A DNA stretch of 63,326 bases, the filler included, from Asterionella formosa (lineage: Eukaryota), in NCBI GenBank assembly GCA_002256025.1. It is 4 parts of 4 records of this genome, joined end to end, with 100 filler letters (N's around TTAATTAATTAA, not from the genome) between each part and the next. Parts side by side here need not be neighbours in the genome. Positions count along the whole stretch, not along the records: positions 33,680 to 63,326 come from NKIB01000989.1; 3 more parts are not named here. The stretch is one strand, 5' to 3'. Below are positions 35,340 to 48,046 of the stretch, in pieces; the stretch's first letter is position 1, and the number at the start of each line of letters is the position of its first letter. A program made the position numbers and the translations under genes. The notes beneath the pieces are model-generated. The model was not told the origin of the DNA. It made no database searches and worked only from the letters and a program-made list of their open reading frames with translations.

Positions 35340-35945
35340 TATAAATGTCATTTATTAAGCGCCTTATTGCTGCTCTATTATCAGTAGGGGAGCCCTCATG
35401 GCGCTTCCTGGCATACCAAGCCTGGGTTTCGTTGAAATGAGTAAAATTAACCCTAACCCGCCTGGTATCAACCCAACATATGTGGTGACTCTAGGTGCTT
35501 GTACGCGGGAGGTGGTGGTGGATACACTCTCTCGAGGAAGAGTCAGGGTAGTACTTAATTGTGCTGTTGTGCTGTGCTTTTCAGACTTCTGCCTCGTTTG
35601 TCAACGGGTGAAGAAAGTTGTGAGCTGGGTTTGTGAGCGCAAAGGAGTTTGCGGCCACACTGTAGGTCTTGGCTGTTTGTATTCCAAATGTCTTGGAGTT
35701 GTACTGTAAAATTGGTGTAGAGTCCGTTGACCTTTTTTGGCCAGATGCGCCGACTCTTCGAAAAGAAATGCTGCTTTTTCCAAAAACCTGCGTTTTGTTC
35801 CTAGCCGTGCAGTCAGCAATTCCTGGAGGGTCTTAGAGAAAAGATGTGAATCTCTTTGTTGATTGTGTGTTGCTGCTTGTACAACCTCTTGATTTTTTTA
35901 TCATAGTCAGATTGAGTTATGCTCGCGTTTGTTCCTTTGTGCATT
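35340..35945 (-). mobile_element. Probable 3' remnant of a non-LTR retrotransposon (ORF2 C-terminus plus 3' UTR)
   Basis: Frameshifted YDKKIKRLYKQQHTIN / DSHLFSKTLQELLTARLGTKRRFLEKA..QRTLHQF resembles my recollection of C-termini of diatom LINE RT ORFs. No RT core is present. Confidence 0.35.
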
Positions 35946-36618
35946 CAGTGTTTCACTGTCGTACTCACCGATCCCCTCTAACTAGCATAACTAGCAGCAG
36001 TCAATGGGATCAAAGAAAGACGAAAGTTGCTGTTGCAAGCCCGAATAGAGCAACGGCAAGCAGGATACTAGAGTGAGAATTATAATTGTGAGGACGAAAT
36101 CGGCCAGGCATACATAAAATCAATCAATATGTGAATGATATAATTTAACATTCTGTTAAAGTAAAGATAATACTGAGTTACAGCAATAATATTATAATGT
36201 GTTCAAAGTTAGCATTAAAGTTTAGCTCAAACCATGCATGGTTGTTTTTAGCCGTACCACGTATATATATAGGCTATATGACTGGAATATCCGTTAAGCA
36301 TCATTACATACTAGTACATGACCGGAGCAAAAACTTGCCACCCACATCAGATTTATACCAGAGCAATATCATTGTTTGTCCAAAGAATTATGGACAATGA
36401 TGTGACAACATGAATCCCACGAGAAGACAACAACGAATTGCTACTGGCGTCATCACTGAACTGATTTCGCTTCAGACTGGGCATGATGGATAATGATCGG
36501 CATGGTGAAAGGTGAATTGCCGGAGTCAGTTTTCAGGAGAGGAATAAAAACGAGGTGAATATTAATCAAATCTGTAGAGTATATAAAATGGTGTCAGGTT
36601 AACCCAATTTCGGCAAAA

Positions 36619-36960
36619 AATCCCAGGGCTAGAAAACCGAGGGGCAATTGGCGTAAATTGTATTGCCTAAATGTGAACATGTGAAATATTCAAAACATAT
36701 TTTAATGATGGGAATACAGACCGATTGCAAATTTCGATGTGAAGATAGGAAATATTCAAATTATATTTTATATGATGGGCTGTAGCAAGCTAAAATTGAC
36801 ATGTCTATTCAATTAGTTGGCAGTAGGTAAGTGAATGCGGCGCGACAATAGTTAGTTTGTGAATTGCCTCAACAATACCGTTCTCGGTGGCTACATGCCT
36901 TCTCGTACACATGTGTACTCGCAGGCATGAGTCCACCTCCGGCGTATTGCCTTCAGGATT
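36619..36960 (-). repeat. Diverged copy C of the structured repeat
   Basis: Begins aatcccagggctagaaaaccgaggggcaattggcgt, identical to 34026-34061, and is collinear with copy B to gtattgccttcag. Confidence 0.9.
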
Positions 36961-37086
36961 AAACCTACGTCACTAATCGTGATACAGTCGATTTCGAAGA
37001 ATTTCATAGCAATCGATGACGTCCTCTATTATTTTCATCAAAATGACCGCAACTTGCTGCTTATTTGCTTTCAACATACCAGCACC

Positions 37087-37944
37087 ATGACAATGTTGAT
37101 CCGCTTAGCGATCGTAGTTGCCTGCGTCCAATACGAGGCTAGCAACAGCCATGCTTTTCCATTAAATCGAAACTCTTTTCGTCCAATTAGATCATTAGGA
37201 AACACTGCTCGAAGTCCACGGTGGCTTCTTCCTCTATCCATGTTGTCTGATGAAAGGGTACAATATCTCAGGGACAGGGCCGCTCAACTTCGTGAGCAAG
37301 CTCGGGAGATCCGTTCGACCCTTCCAGTCGAGCCTCCAACTATCCCTTCTACGGAATTACCTCTGAAACCTGTCTCTGAATGGGAAGTGTCCACCGACTG
37401 CGAAGGAGTCGGATATCGCCTGCATCTTGACATTGGCAGAGAACCGGGAACTTGGATGGACCCTCTATGGGGAGCGAGTGGAAAGCGAATAGAAGCAGCA
37501 CTCGATATATTTTTTTGTTCCGAAAACTTGGCTAGCGAAGCGAGACGAGAAAAAATGGTCAAGGATAACTTCGGGGGCAAAAGCTCTGCGGTGTACCAAC
37601 TCGAGTCGGCAAAATCAGCTCGACTTCGAAATGGGTTTGATAGGATGAAGTGTTCTGGTGGAGGATATCGTGTAGATAAAGCAAGCGATGGAAAGACCTT
37701 GAGATTTTTTGTGCAAGTTGAAGGGAAAGAAGGCGCAGACTATGGCGACATTTCCATTCCAAAGGGCGACCTCTACTTTTCACTTCCTTGTTTTGGCCAA
37801 GGAGTCTCGCAACTGTCGTCAAGGGAGGGCCTTATTTCAGTGCGCCAAATCGGATGGCATACTGGTTTTCGAAGAAAAGAGAGTAGAATTGTAGGAATAT
37901 TCCGGGCTGCGCCAATAAATAAGGCGAACAAACTAAATTTGTAA
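37087..37944 (+). CDS. Hypothetical protein, probably plastid-targeted
   Basis: ATG 37087, hydrophobic signal ending SHA|F, then an Arg/Ser-rich transit-like region. A coiled segment precedes a globular domain (LDIGREPGTWMDPLWGASGKR). Confidence 0.75.
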   Translation: MTMLIRLAIVVACVQYEASNSHAFPLNRNSFRPIRSLGNTARSPRWLLPLSMLSDERVQYLRDRAAQLREQAREIRSTLPVEPPTIPSTELPLKPVSEWEVSTDCEGVGYRLHLDIGREPGTWMDPLWGASGKRIEAALDIFFCSENLASEARREKMVKDNFGGKSSAVYQLESAKSARLRNGFDRMKCSGGGYRVDKASDGKTLRFFVQVEGKEGADYGDISIPKGDLYFSLPCFGQGVSQLSSREGLISVRQIGWHTGFRRKESRIVGIFRAAPINKANKLNL

Positions 37945-38071
37945 TAAATCAACACGATCAAAACAAATACGTCACAATCGACTGCAGTCAAACAATAAAT
38001 CTGAGGAGTGTATAATGTGCGAATTTTGAAGCATCTTATAATTGTCATTTCCTATTCTCCACTCACAACAT

Positions 38072-41000
38072 TCAGTGCAATAACCCACGGCAAATGTCAC
38101 AATTTGGATCAGGCGGACTTTGGATGGCTGGTGCGCCTAAAAGTAGAGTTGATAGCGTAGATCCTCCGATTCTCAGTTCACTAGTCAAATCACCATGATA
38201 CATAGCCTCCAGCTTCTCAGTGAAAGCTCGACTTTTATTTCCTTCGTTGCTGCTGTATTCGTCTCGCTGTCGCTTCTGCTGATGATCGCTTCGGAATTTT
38301 GCGACGTTGTCCAATGCTCGTTTGCTGCGAGCAAGAAAATGGTCACCGTCAGAAACGTTTTCTTGCAGCAACGCAGGGGTCTCTGGTACATAAGCATGGG
38401 AACATGGCGATTTAGGCACCTGGTTTGTTGCAATATTGCAATCCGAATCTAGTAACATTTCATCATCCAATTGTGCCTCCTGCTTTATAGTTGGTAACCA
38501 TGTTGTACGAAGAGGGAATCGGTTGGATCTTGTGGCCTCACCAAAGTTCCCAAATGCTTCTGGAATAAAAACAACATTGTCCCCGGGGTGACTCAAATGT
38601 TGAATGCATCCTTCAACAACGTGATCAAGCATACCTGCAGGTAGGTAAACAGTCCCAGCTCCTTTATTTGCTTGATACTCTCCCCACCATTCTGTGGCAC
38701 AATCTAAACAACGCTGGAATTGTTCGACTACCATCATGGACTTTAACTCGGCCTTTATTTGATCTGGTGCGTTGGAAACAAGATTTCCAACTGATCTCTC
38801 AAATGGCGACAAAAGCAAACTGTGCAAGGCCTCAAGAGTCGGTTCGACATTACTCCTCATCAGACTTTTTTGCCAGTGCAATGGAAGATCTCTGCCTTCA
38901 CCGAAATAATCTGGCACTACCCCATGCTGTGCGAATTCAAAGGATGGCCATGAGAACCACTGTGACAAGCGAAAATTTGTTGCAAAAGTCTCTAGCTCAA
39001 ACGGAATTCTCAACAAAGTCGCCCTTGCCCTTTCCAACAAAACCTCAGGAGCAGTGACGGAGCACGTCCACAATGTTTCCTTTAAACAAGCAATGATTAT
39101 TTCATGAATCCCGACGATACATACTCTTGATACCTGATCCAATTCGATCGACGAGTTCATTAGTGACTCGGAAGCAGTAACGAGTGATTGCTCAAAGTCA
39201 TGGAGTTCGTTCCCACAGAGCGTTACAACTGATTCAGAAAAACTGGCGGCAATCAGCTTTTCAACACTACTACCGTATCGCTCATCGGAACCATTGTCAA
39301 GATTTAAGACCGTGATAGACACACTTTCGTCCAACAGTGACAAAGTCGAATAAATGTCAGTTTCAGTGATTTCCGCATCCCCCATGGCAGGTGGAATAAC
39401 TAACAAAGCCATGTCAGTTCCTCTCAGACTTTCAGGTTCAGCACCATTGACAACAACTACCCTTAAATCATATTGATGGGCAACAGAACGTTGCCTCGTA
39501 TGGATTTTGCCGTATTTGAGCCGCATACCAATCCATTCATGAAGTAGATCATAAACGCCTTCGCCCTCAACCGAATCGAATTGTTGTAGCCTGGGAATAA
39601 CTACTGCAACCTTCAGTAACACTAAGAGTCTTTGCTCCTTTGAATCTGGCATATTCTCTTGAACGGGAAATCGAAGATCTTGACATGTCTCATCCTTTCG
39701 CAACGATGCAAGATCGACGATTTGGGAATCATGGTGGCAAAGCAACTCAAGAAAATCACTGATGAACAACTCAACTGGACGGTTTGAAGCTGTCTCACAT
39801 TCACCAATGAGATCCAATTTAATTGGGACAGAGAAGATTGATTCTTGTTCAGTAAGCGTGGTTATCATCTGTGACAAGGTCTGTCTCGTTCGAACTCGAC
39901 GCAGGCGAGAATGCAGACTCTGGCGTAATCGTCGCCACAAGATTATTTTCCTAGCAATATCAATCTTCTCTTCCCATTCTCGTCGTTCTGCTTCTTCATT
40001 TCGTCTCCTTTCCTCCTGTTCGCGTCTTTCCTTTAATAACAGAATTTGGAGTTGTCGCAAGTGCTCCTCCTTAGCTTTCAGCTGTTTCATTTCCTCGAGA
40101 ATCAGTAGCCTTTGGTTTTCGGCTTTTCGTGTTTCTTCTTCCATGCGTTGTCGCTCTTCCTTTTCTGCGGTTATCCTAGCTACCTCTTTTTCTGCAGCAG
40201 CTCGCTTGATTTCAGCTTCCTTTCTGTTTCGTTCCTCCTCTGCAGCGATGGCGGTCATTCGAGCTACTTCTGCTTCCATCTGTAGGCGCTCCACTTCCGT
40301 TCGGCGCTTGTCATCTTCTAATGCCAGAGATTGGGCCATTTCCTCCTCCTGTTTCCGTTTCAAAAACAGCTCTCTCTTCTTGGCTTCTTCTGCTTCTGCC
40401 CTGGCTGCTTCAAAAGAGAGCCGAATTTCAAGTGCTTTCCTTTCAGCTTCTCGACGATTGTTGGTTTCTTCCTCCTCTTTCTTGAATAATTCTTGTTTTG
40501 TTTCGATCATTTGCCTATCTTCGTCAACATCAAGCACCGCGGGTTGTGTTTCTACGTACATGCGTGGATGCTTTTCTTTCACTTTTACGGGGGGACCGGC
40601 AGCAAGGGTATGGAATGATTTGGAAAGAGTGGCACCGGGACCACTCACTTCGCCTCGACAAACAGCAAGACGTGTCGCTCCTTTCAGCTTCCTTTCTATT
40701 GTATTAACCATTTTCCAAGGCCTCAAACGAATAATTATTCCTCGCTCCTCATCTTTTGGCTCACGGAATTTGGATCGCTTCCAGAACACAAACTCCATGC
40801 TTTTCTTTCCAGTTGGCGATGAAGTGGATGATACAAAATGATCTTTGACTGTTATGTTGTAATGTCCACATGCAATTCTAGCTTCATCCATACTTTCAAA
40901 GCAAAGGAGTCTGGTCAGATCTTTGAGCAGATAATTATCATAAATAGGTTCCGAATCCTTTCTTCTGTATCCATAGGTTGCACACATAGTTCGCAAGGCC

Positions 41001-43664
41001 ACTTTTCTCATTTCCTCGACATGTTTGAACATCAAACAGGAAAAAAGATATGGCGTCGACGGTGATCTGAGAATAGAAAAGAATCGAGCGTAATTCACCT
41101 CATGCTTTGCTTTAAAAACCTCCATTGCAAGCTGAACTGGTTTGGAGAGGAAGATCTCAGGTCGCCTACGCGAGAGCTCGGCAGCGTAACTAAGGACTTC
41201 CATTCCATTGTCATTGTCTAACGTGAGTAAAATGTACAGCCCTCGCATTTCTGGTTCTGCGGTAGTGTTCTTCGAGCCATTCGCAGTATGTGCACCAATC
41301 AGGCGATCTGACAAACGAATCTTGTCCTTGTCATTATTCAATGGAGTGCCGTCATAGTCGACAGGGGGAACACCTTGAACTATGTCGAATTGGCAACCAA
41401 AGGCTTGACCGGCGATAGAAGTCCTGGTTTCCGTCCCTGCCTCGTCCGGAACTTCAACAGTTGACCGTCTCAGAGAATCGTCGTAGAACTGGTTTAATGT
41501 TTTCATCGCTTGACCGAGTTCCGCAATATTTTGTTGTGACTGCATTCGTACAAAATCAGGAATATGACTAAGTTGGTGTTCGCACATTGCATGCCATCGG
41601 GCAATGCGTTCATGACAACGGACAGCTCGAGCATCACATTGGCCACCACTACCGACGAAATTCTGAAGAATGAAATCCTTCCTAATCATTCGAGTTCGAT
41701 CCCAAATAAATTGATAGACATCTAAAGGCGGAGGACTTGGTGCTTGCGTAAAACGAGGGTCCGGCCCCTGCCTGTCACGTTCCTATCATCATATAAATCG
41801 TGTTGCTTTTGTGTAAGTAACAACGAATTTTTAGCACGAAATAAAGAACACATGCCGTACTCACCATAACCCATTCTTCAAGATATGAACATGTACGTTC
41901 CAAGACATCTGGTGGTCTAACCCACTCAGGAATATCCAACTTGTAATCGGCTGCTGATCGACGAAAGCGTTTTACGGCCGTCTGCCTTAAATTCCAGTCT
42001 TGGGGATGAATTGTTCCAGGTTGAGGAATTTCCAACAATTGAATGTCTCCTTCTTGTTCTCGCTGTCTCAATTCGTGATCAGGACACATATGTGGACAAG
42101 TGCCGACTAATGCGACGGCATATTCTAAATCAAGTTGAGTATGTAATTTTCCCTCTTGAGTTGATGAGGTTGGCTTCTTCACTATCGTATCGAGCACCAA
42201 GTCTGAAGGCATCTGAGAACGAGTGGCGGTGTTTACTACCTTTTGAGAAAATCGCAGTGAATTTCTGTCTGCCAACGAAGAATTGGGACTCACAGGACAT
42301 GTTGTGTCCAAGGGTGACGGTGACTTCGTGGATGTCGGTGGAGGTGTCGCCGACGTCAGTTTGCGTTGTTTATGCTCCTCCAGTTTTTTCTTTTTCGCGG
42401 CAAGTTTAGCCTTTAGTGATGCCAGCTTGTCCTCCTGTTCTTTCTTATCAGGGACAGGGTCAGACATGGACTCTTCCAGTAGATTTGACTGATCGACTGC
42501 ACTATTCATAGTATGTTGCCCGCCAAACGCCATTTCGTTTTGCCCATAGGGAACAGGTGCGACATGAGTACCCATGTCAGATTTCTGATCCCACGCAGAG
42601 CCTCCGTCGGCCATACTTTCGTCATAGAGTTGTTGGTCTTGTGAAGAACCAAAGGTTGTATTTCCAAACCCAGATGATGATGTCCCAAACGCGGCGCTAC
42701 TGTCATAATGTGCAGGTGCCGCTGGTGATCCAAATCTTCCCAACCCTGGGGGTCCAGATGCCGCATTACCAAAGGATCGCGGTGCAGTCGCTCCAAAAGG
42801 CGTACTAGTGAAATTGCTAGAATTTTGAAATGATTGTTGGGTACGATCATTGGTAAACCCCTGAACAGGAAACGAGAGCTGCCCAGATGCTGGCGCGATC
42901 ATCGAAGAAGCTCCAAATATGATTGCTGGAGCTGGTGCCGCCGAAGTGGTACCAAATGGACTTGCTTGAAATGATGGTGACTGTGATACATTCGTAATAG
43001 CTGCGTTGCTCAGAACGGAAGAACTGGTCCCGAACCCTCCAGTTGCAGAAGCTGGGCCCATTCCTCCAAAGCCGCCACCGGCGGCTGCTGCTCCGAAGGG
43101 TGTTTGATTGAACGAATTTCCAGTATTATGTCCGCCGAAATTAAGAAAGGATGCCTGTGAGACCTCGTTTTGAACTGGAGCGAGAAAGGCGTTTGGAGGC
43201 TGTATGGTGCTACTGGTATTACTAAAGGAGGCAGGAATAAAGGCTGATGCTGTTACATTCATTCCGGAGGAAGTACCGTACGACGGCGCAGATGCGCCAA
43301 AGGTCGGAGGATGAGAAGCGAAGGAAGGATTCAGATTTGCTGTAGCAAAGGGTGTTGCAGTAATAGAATTACCAAACGGAATCGATGGCGCAGAGGAACC
43401 AAAAGAATTCAATGCCTGGGATGATCCAAACGAGGCCGTATTGTTGGTGTTTCCAAAGTTTGACATCCCCTGTGCTGCATTCGTAGAACTGCTTCCAAAG
43501 CCGAATACAGGCGCTACATTGCCGAAACCACTTGCAGCAAAGGAAGTTGGGGGCTGTGACGAACCAAAGCCTCCTGCTTGAAAGTTTTGTTGTTGCTGTT
43601 GTTGCGATTGACCATAGTGGGGCGCTTGTTGACCGCCAAACCCGCTATTTCCAAAGCCGGACAT
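38072..43664 (-). CDS. SAC3: SAC3/GANP-family protein (TREX-2 scaffold) with FG-repeat N-terminus
   Basis: Exons 43664-41865 and 41782-38072 (GT-AG, phase 0). FG-rich N-terminus, then LVGTCPHMCP, AVKRFRRSAA, VRPPDVLERT, FIWDRTRMIRKDFILQN, ERIARWH and NYARFF, followed by a long coiled coil. Confidence 0.9.
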
Positions 43665-45799
43665 GCTCAAGAAATATTGCGGCTATCTGAAATAATCAAT
43701 GACCTTATGGGAAACAGCAAATGAACTGCATTCGCCATGAGCGTCGTTTCTGCTGTCAATTACCGGTATGCTTTCTCTCGATCCTCAACAGAACAGCATA
43801 CCAATGTGTGTACCGGTATATTGGGTATTATATTTGTTTAGGAAATAAATAATATACCACTATGTAGGGATGACAATTTCCATCTTTGCCTGAGTCCAGC
43901 ACCAAACAATAAAAATAATATGACGAGTCACGAGGATCGTGGACTCGACAACAGTCCAATGAATCAAATGGTGCGTGCCCAGCATGTCAAGACACTTGCT
44001 AACAAGCAAGATTGTTGTTATATCGGAAATAATTTTGAAATATCAATAACATTATCTGTTAGATCAATTGAATTGATATCTCAGGTTATGACTTTACACA
44101 GATCACCTTATCTTTTTGTAAAAACTTGAACCAGATGATTGCATAATGATTTTTGTGCATAAGTTCTTTGTTGCCATTCCGATTTGAACACTTTACATGT
44201 GTTGATGCATTTCATGTACTGGCACACTGGTAATCAAATGTCTTCCCTTTGTGCTCATCGAACAACCCCTCATGAGCTACCATCTCAGGGGGACAACAAA
44301 GATCTTGGTCTTGCAATGACTGATATGGTTTCGATTTTGAAGGGGAATTAAGACAGAAAAGTCAGATTGTTTGTTTGTTAAAAAAAGCAAAAGCTTTGGT
44401 CAATTAATATGACGGAATTGGAGAACAATCCATTGAAGGCCATGCCTGTTTACCATCCAAAATCAAGAAGATAATTCTTTTTTATCATAATTCTCCTAAT
44501 GCAAACATTGGTTCATATTTCGAATCTGTTCTTCAAGATGAGATATGGATCAAAGTGAAGATGGTCCAGATGGCCGCACAGTTTGTTTCTTGTGGCCTTT
44601 ATCATGGGTCTTCCAGTCTCATTGGCTATTGGAGAGAATGTTGCAGACTTAGAGAGCACAGACATCATGAATCAGGAAGTAGCTTCATCACTTGAACAGA
44701 ATGATCAATCTGGAAATAGCAGCATTATGTCAGACAGACAATGATTTGCAATAAGTTGATACATACTTAGCTATGCATAGGAATAACTTGTCTGATTCTT
44801 ACTATATTATTTAACTATATGATTACAGAAATAAACTGGAATGCTCAAAATCATGAAAAGAAGTGTGGGTTCGAAATGATTAGAATTTTTATTAAGTCAC
44901 TAACTTCTACGTCAGGTAACAACAACACCAACTGCCATGCTTCGTTCCAGCAGCTTCTTCCTGCATTCAATAGACAAATCGAGCCTTGTTACATGGTCGT
45001 AAAATGTTTGGAACAAGTTCTACACCACCGGTGTACCGGTACCTGGTACACGAGGGAATACAGGATGATTGGGGGATACAGGACACCGGGTTTACGGTCC
45101 TATGTAGGGTACCCTGCCTTGTAGTTCGGGTGAAAGAATAAGAAGGAACTATCTGGTACAATCCACGCAATACAACTCGTCACCAAGATACTGACAACTT
45201 CTTCAACCCCATGTGCCCCCAGTGGTTCTTTGTTGTCGCTTGCTGCTGACGCACGCAAACAAAAAACAACATTACAACAACAACGAGCACCTCGTGCCCT
45301 TGTCCTCACTGGAGCCCGTGCAGGATCGGTTCCTCTCCTATCAAAAGGCCTTGTTGCATGTTCTGGTTATAGTCAGCCGGCTCGATCGGCTTTTTCTTCC
45401 GATTCAAAGATGCAGTTTACCTGGTACTCTCTGGTACTATTCTGCATGACATCCGAATGTAAGTCGGCGGATGCCCAATTATTGATTTGCACGAATACAC
45501 ATATAGTTTTGTATGCATTCGTAAAGGTATATGTATATATTGACCTACAAGACTCTTGCTCGGCACGACCTCAACGAAAAATATGTCCCACTCCACAATA
45601 AGACTGGCGTACTATCCAACTGCCAAGCCGATTGCCACCAAAAATCACTTGATGCTCAGTATATATACCTGGTACTCAAGGTACCCTGGGACCTTGTAAG
45701 AAATACCCCGTACCCTCCTAGCTGTAATGTGATTCATATCAAGGGATTGCAGCAATCACAACGAACAAAAGGTTTGGATATCAAACGGACCAATCCACT

Positions 45800-46549
45800 A
45801 TGCCTCCTCACGCCGCCGCCTTCTCCGATCACGCTATCGATGAATCCCAATGTTCTATTGAGGTCGAGACGGATGGCAAGTTTGCAGTTTCCAAGATCAT
45901 TGTTGTAGGGCCGAACCAAGCGTCTGTTGTGCTCCCTCCGTATCACTCCGCTGTAGCGGACGACGACGACGATGAAGACAACATTGTGTTGAACCCTATC
46001 ACCCTCGGGAGACAATTGGAATCTCAAGAAGAAGCATACTTTTACGAAACCTTGTCTGACAACCTTATGAATGCCTGTACAGCTTGCACATCATCAACGC
46101 CTGAGGTGAAACCCAGAAAATCTGCTCTGAAGAAGCCCTCATCCACTTTCAAGTCGTCTTCTCAGGACCGAACCGTGGGATTCAATGCTCTCAAGATTCG
46201 GGAGTACGCGTTGACACTTGGTGATCATCCTTCCGCTTCCTCGGGTCCTCCCATGACGCTGGACTGGACACCGACGGGCGAAGAAAAGATTATTTCTGTC
46301 GATCAGTACGAACAGGGTCGTCAGCCTCGGCGTTCCAGACGAGCCTTGAAGATGAGTTATCAAAAGAGAGAGGCTGTACTTGAAGCGCAAGGATTCACTA
46401 TGGATCAGGTGAGGTTAGCATGGGAAGAATCACTGAAGGTTCGAAAACAACGGCACGAGACAATTTTGCAAGGTGCCTTTTCCACCAAGTTGGAAGAAGC
46501 ATGTCAGAGTGCAGCCAGAAAGTTTTGGCGAACACTGAATTACGCATAA
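45800..46549 (+). CDS. Hypothetical protein of a diatom-typical family
   Basis: Motif KSALKK..VGFNALKIREYALTLGDHPSASSGPPMTLDW..ISVDQYEQGR, which I recall from many uncharacterised diatom proteins. Confidence 0.8.
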   Translation: MPPHAAAFSDHAIDESQCSIEVETDGKFAVSKIIVVGPNQASVVLPPYHSAVADDDDDEDNIVLNPITLGRQLESQEEAYFYETLSDNLMNACTACTSSTPEVKPRKSALKKPSSTFKSSSQDRTVGFNALKIREYALTLGDHPSASSGPPMTLDWTPTGEEKIISVDQYEQGRQPRRSRRALKMSYQKREAVLEAQGFTMDQVRLAWEESLKVRKQRHETILQGAFSTKLEEACQSAARKFWRTLNYA

Positions 46550-46930
46550 ATTGGAGTACAGCTGGGGTTGGGCTGAACTTTAGTTGTGCTTGTTGTCCCT
46601 AGATGTGAACGAGAAGCGTAGAAATTGTTTTTCCAGCATGGGCGGTCACTTTGCACCATTGTTGAAAACTATATTTATTTTTACATATCACTTGCCTATC
46701 CGAATAACCCGATTTTCTCGTTCTTACGTGTCCTTGCATTGTTATTGTAGTGTTGCTGGAATATGTAGGCCACTCCGACCCCCCCCCCGCCGAAGATTGC
46801 ATATTAGTCACAAGGATGGAGTGTTATTAGGTGAATGCAACTTGTAAGATCATTAGGTTGTGCTTGCATAATTGGAAAGGTTCCTCGTATTACCCTATTT
46901 AGAAATGTAACTCTTATACGTCGTATCACT

Positions 46931-48046
46931 CTACTTTGATATCGCCTTTGGTTGGCACTCTGAGTCCAACATGGATCGAATGAAGATTTCATCTCGTGGA
47001 TGCTCCCGTTCCCCTTCTTCAAATGTATAGCTCGAAGCTATTGCCAATTCAGAGCCATCCATGTTGAACGCAAGAGCTGCAATCGAGGTCGCAAATTTGG
47101 GTAGCGAGGTCAACTTCTTCTTGTTGGCTCCATCCCAAGTCACGACTGTTCCGTCGCAGCCACCAGTGGCAAATGTCCCGAATCTAGGATTGAAGGCAAT
47201 GCAGTTGACAGGGTAGACAATATCTCCTTGGCGGTGGCATTTGAAAGCGTACTTTTTCTTCCCTGCCGCGTCTACTCCAATGTCATCTAAATATTCGACA
47301 GCCACTCGGCCTTCAATGGATCCAAGTGCAATGGCAGTGCCATCTGGGAAAAATTTAACTGTACGAGTTTGGTATTTGAGGGATGATTCTCTATCCATGA
47401 TCAACTCAGCTGATGTAGTAGCTCCATTCGTTCGAATATCAATGAAGCAATTTCTTCTTCCAGAAGTTGCCACCACAATACGCTGTCGTGAAACATCGAT
47501 ATCCATACCAAAGGCCTTACCAGGAAGGGTAACAGTCGCTACCGCGATCCCCGCAGCTCGAGCATCCCACACGTGCACATTGGAGTCCCAACCGGCTGAT
47601 ACAAAAATGTTGGCATCTAAATCCTTCAGGCAAGAACATGCCAGCTTGTCTTGTGTGACCCCACTGTGTTGACCAAGGAGCGTTGAAGTAGTAGTGGCAA
47701 TGTCAAGTGATCGAACTGAACGACGGTGTGCAATGTGTGCATGTGTTAGTATAGGTCAAGGTCATAAGTCGCATGGTGAGTTTAAATAAAGCTATGAAAA
47801 CTCACTGGATCCATCCATTCCTCCTGCTACTAGCCTATTTCCCCCAGGCGGCGTGGCCAAACTCAACAGAGGCCCCGATTCAAGAAAATGCGAGAGTTTG
47901 CATTGCAGATCAACGGTGTCGTGCAGACGCACAGATCCATCCCAGCTCGTCGACGCTACCAAGTTATTGGTCATATATGAGAGGGATGTGATTCCGTCCT
48001 TTGGAGGATCCGAGACGGGACGTGGTTCAGGAAGGGAAGTCGCCAT
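46931..48046 (-). CDS. BUB3: Spindle checkpoint WD40 protein BUB3
   Basis: Exons 48046-47806 and 47715-46931. Motifs PPKDGITSL, STSWDGSVRL, RESSLKYQTR, GSIEGRVAVEY, KKKYAFKCHR, YPVNCIAF, TFATGGCDG and LAIASSY. Confidence 0.93.

Noticed and set aside
35449..35459. Telomere
   Set aside because: Fewer than two CCCTAA units, and internal to the contig.
34026..36960. LTR retrotransposon bounded by copies B and C
   Set aside because: No TG..CA ends, PBS, PPT, TSD or gag/pol, and the copies are diverged with B in tandem with A.
39762..40841. 359-aa Ser-rich plus-strand ORF
   Set aside because: It is the antisense shadow of the Glu/Arg coiled coil of SAC3.
9760..43664. mRNA-export gene cluster (UAP56 plus SAC3)
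   Set aside because: The genes lie on different pieces separated by artificial linkers.
44140..44745. Stop-interrupted coding-like stretch
   Set aside because: No recognisable motif; it is at most an unidentifiable relic.
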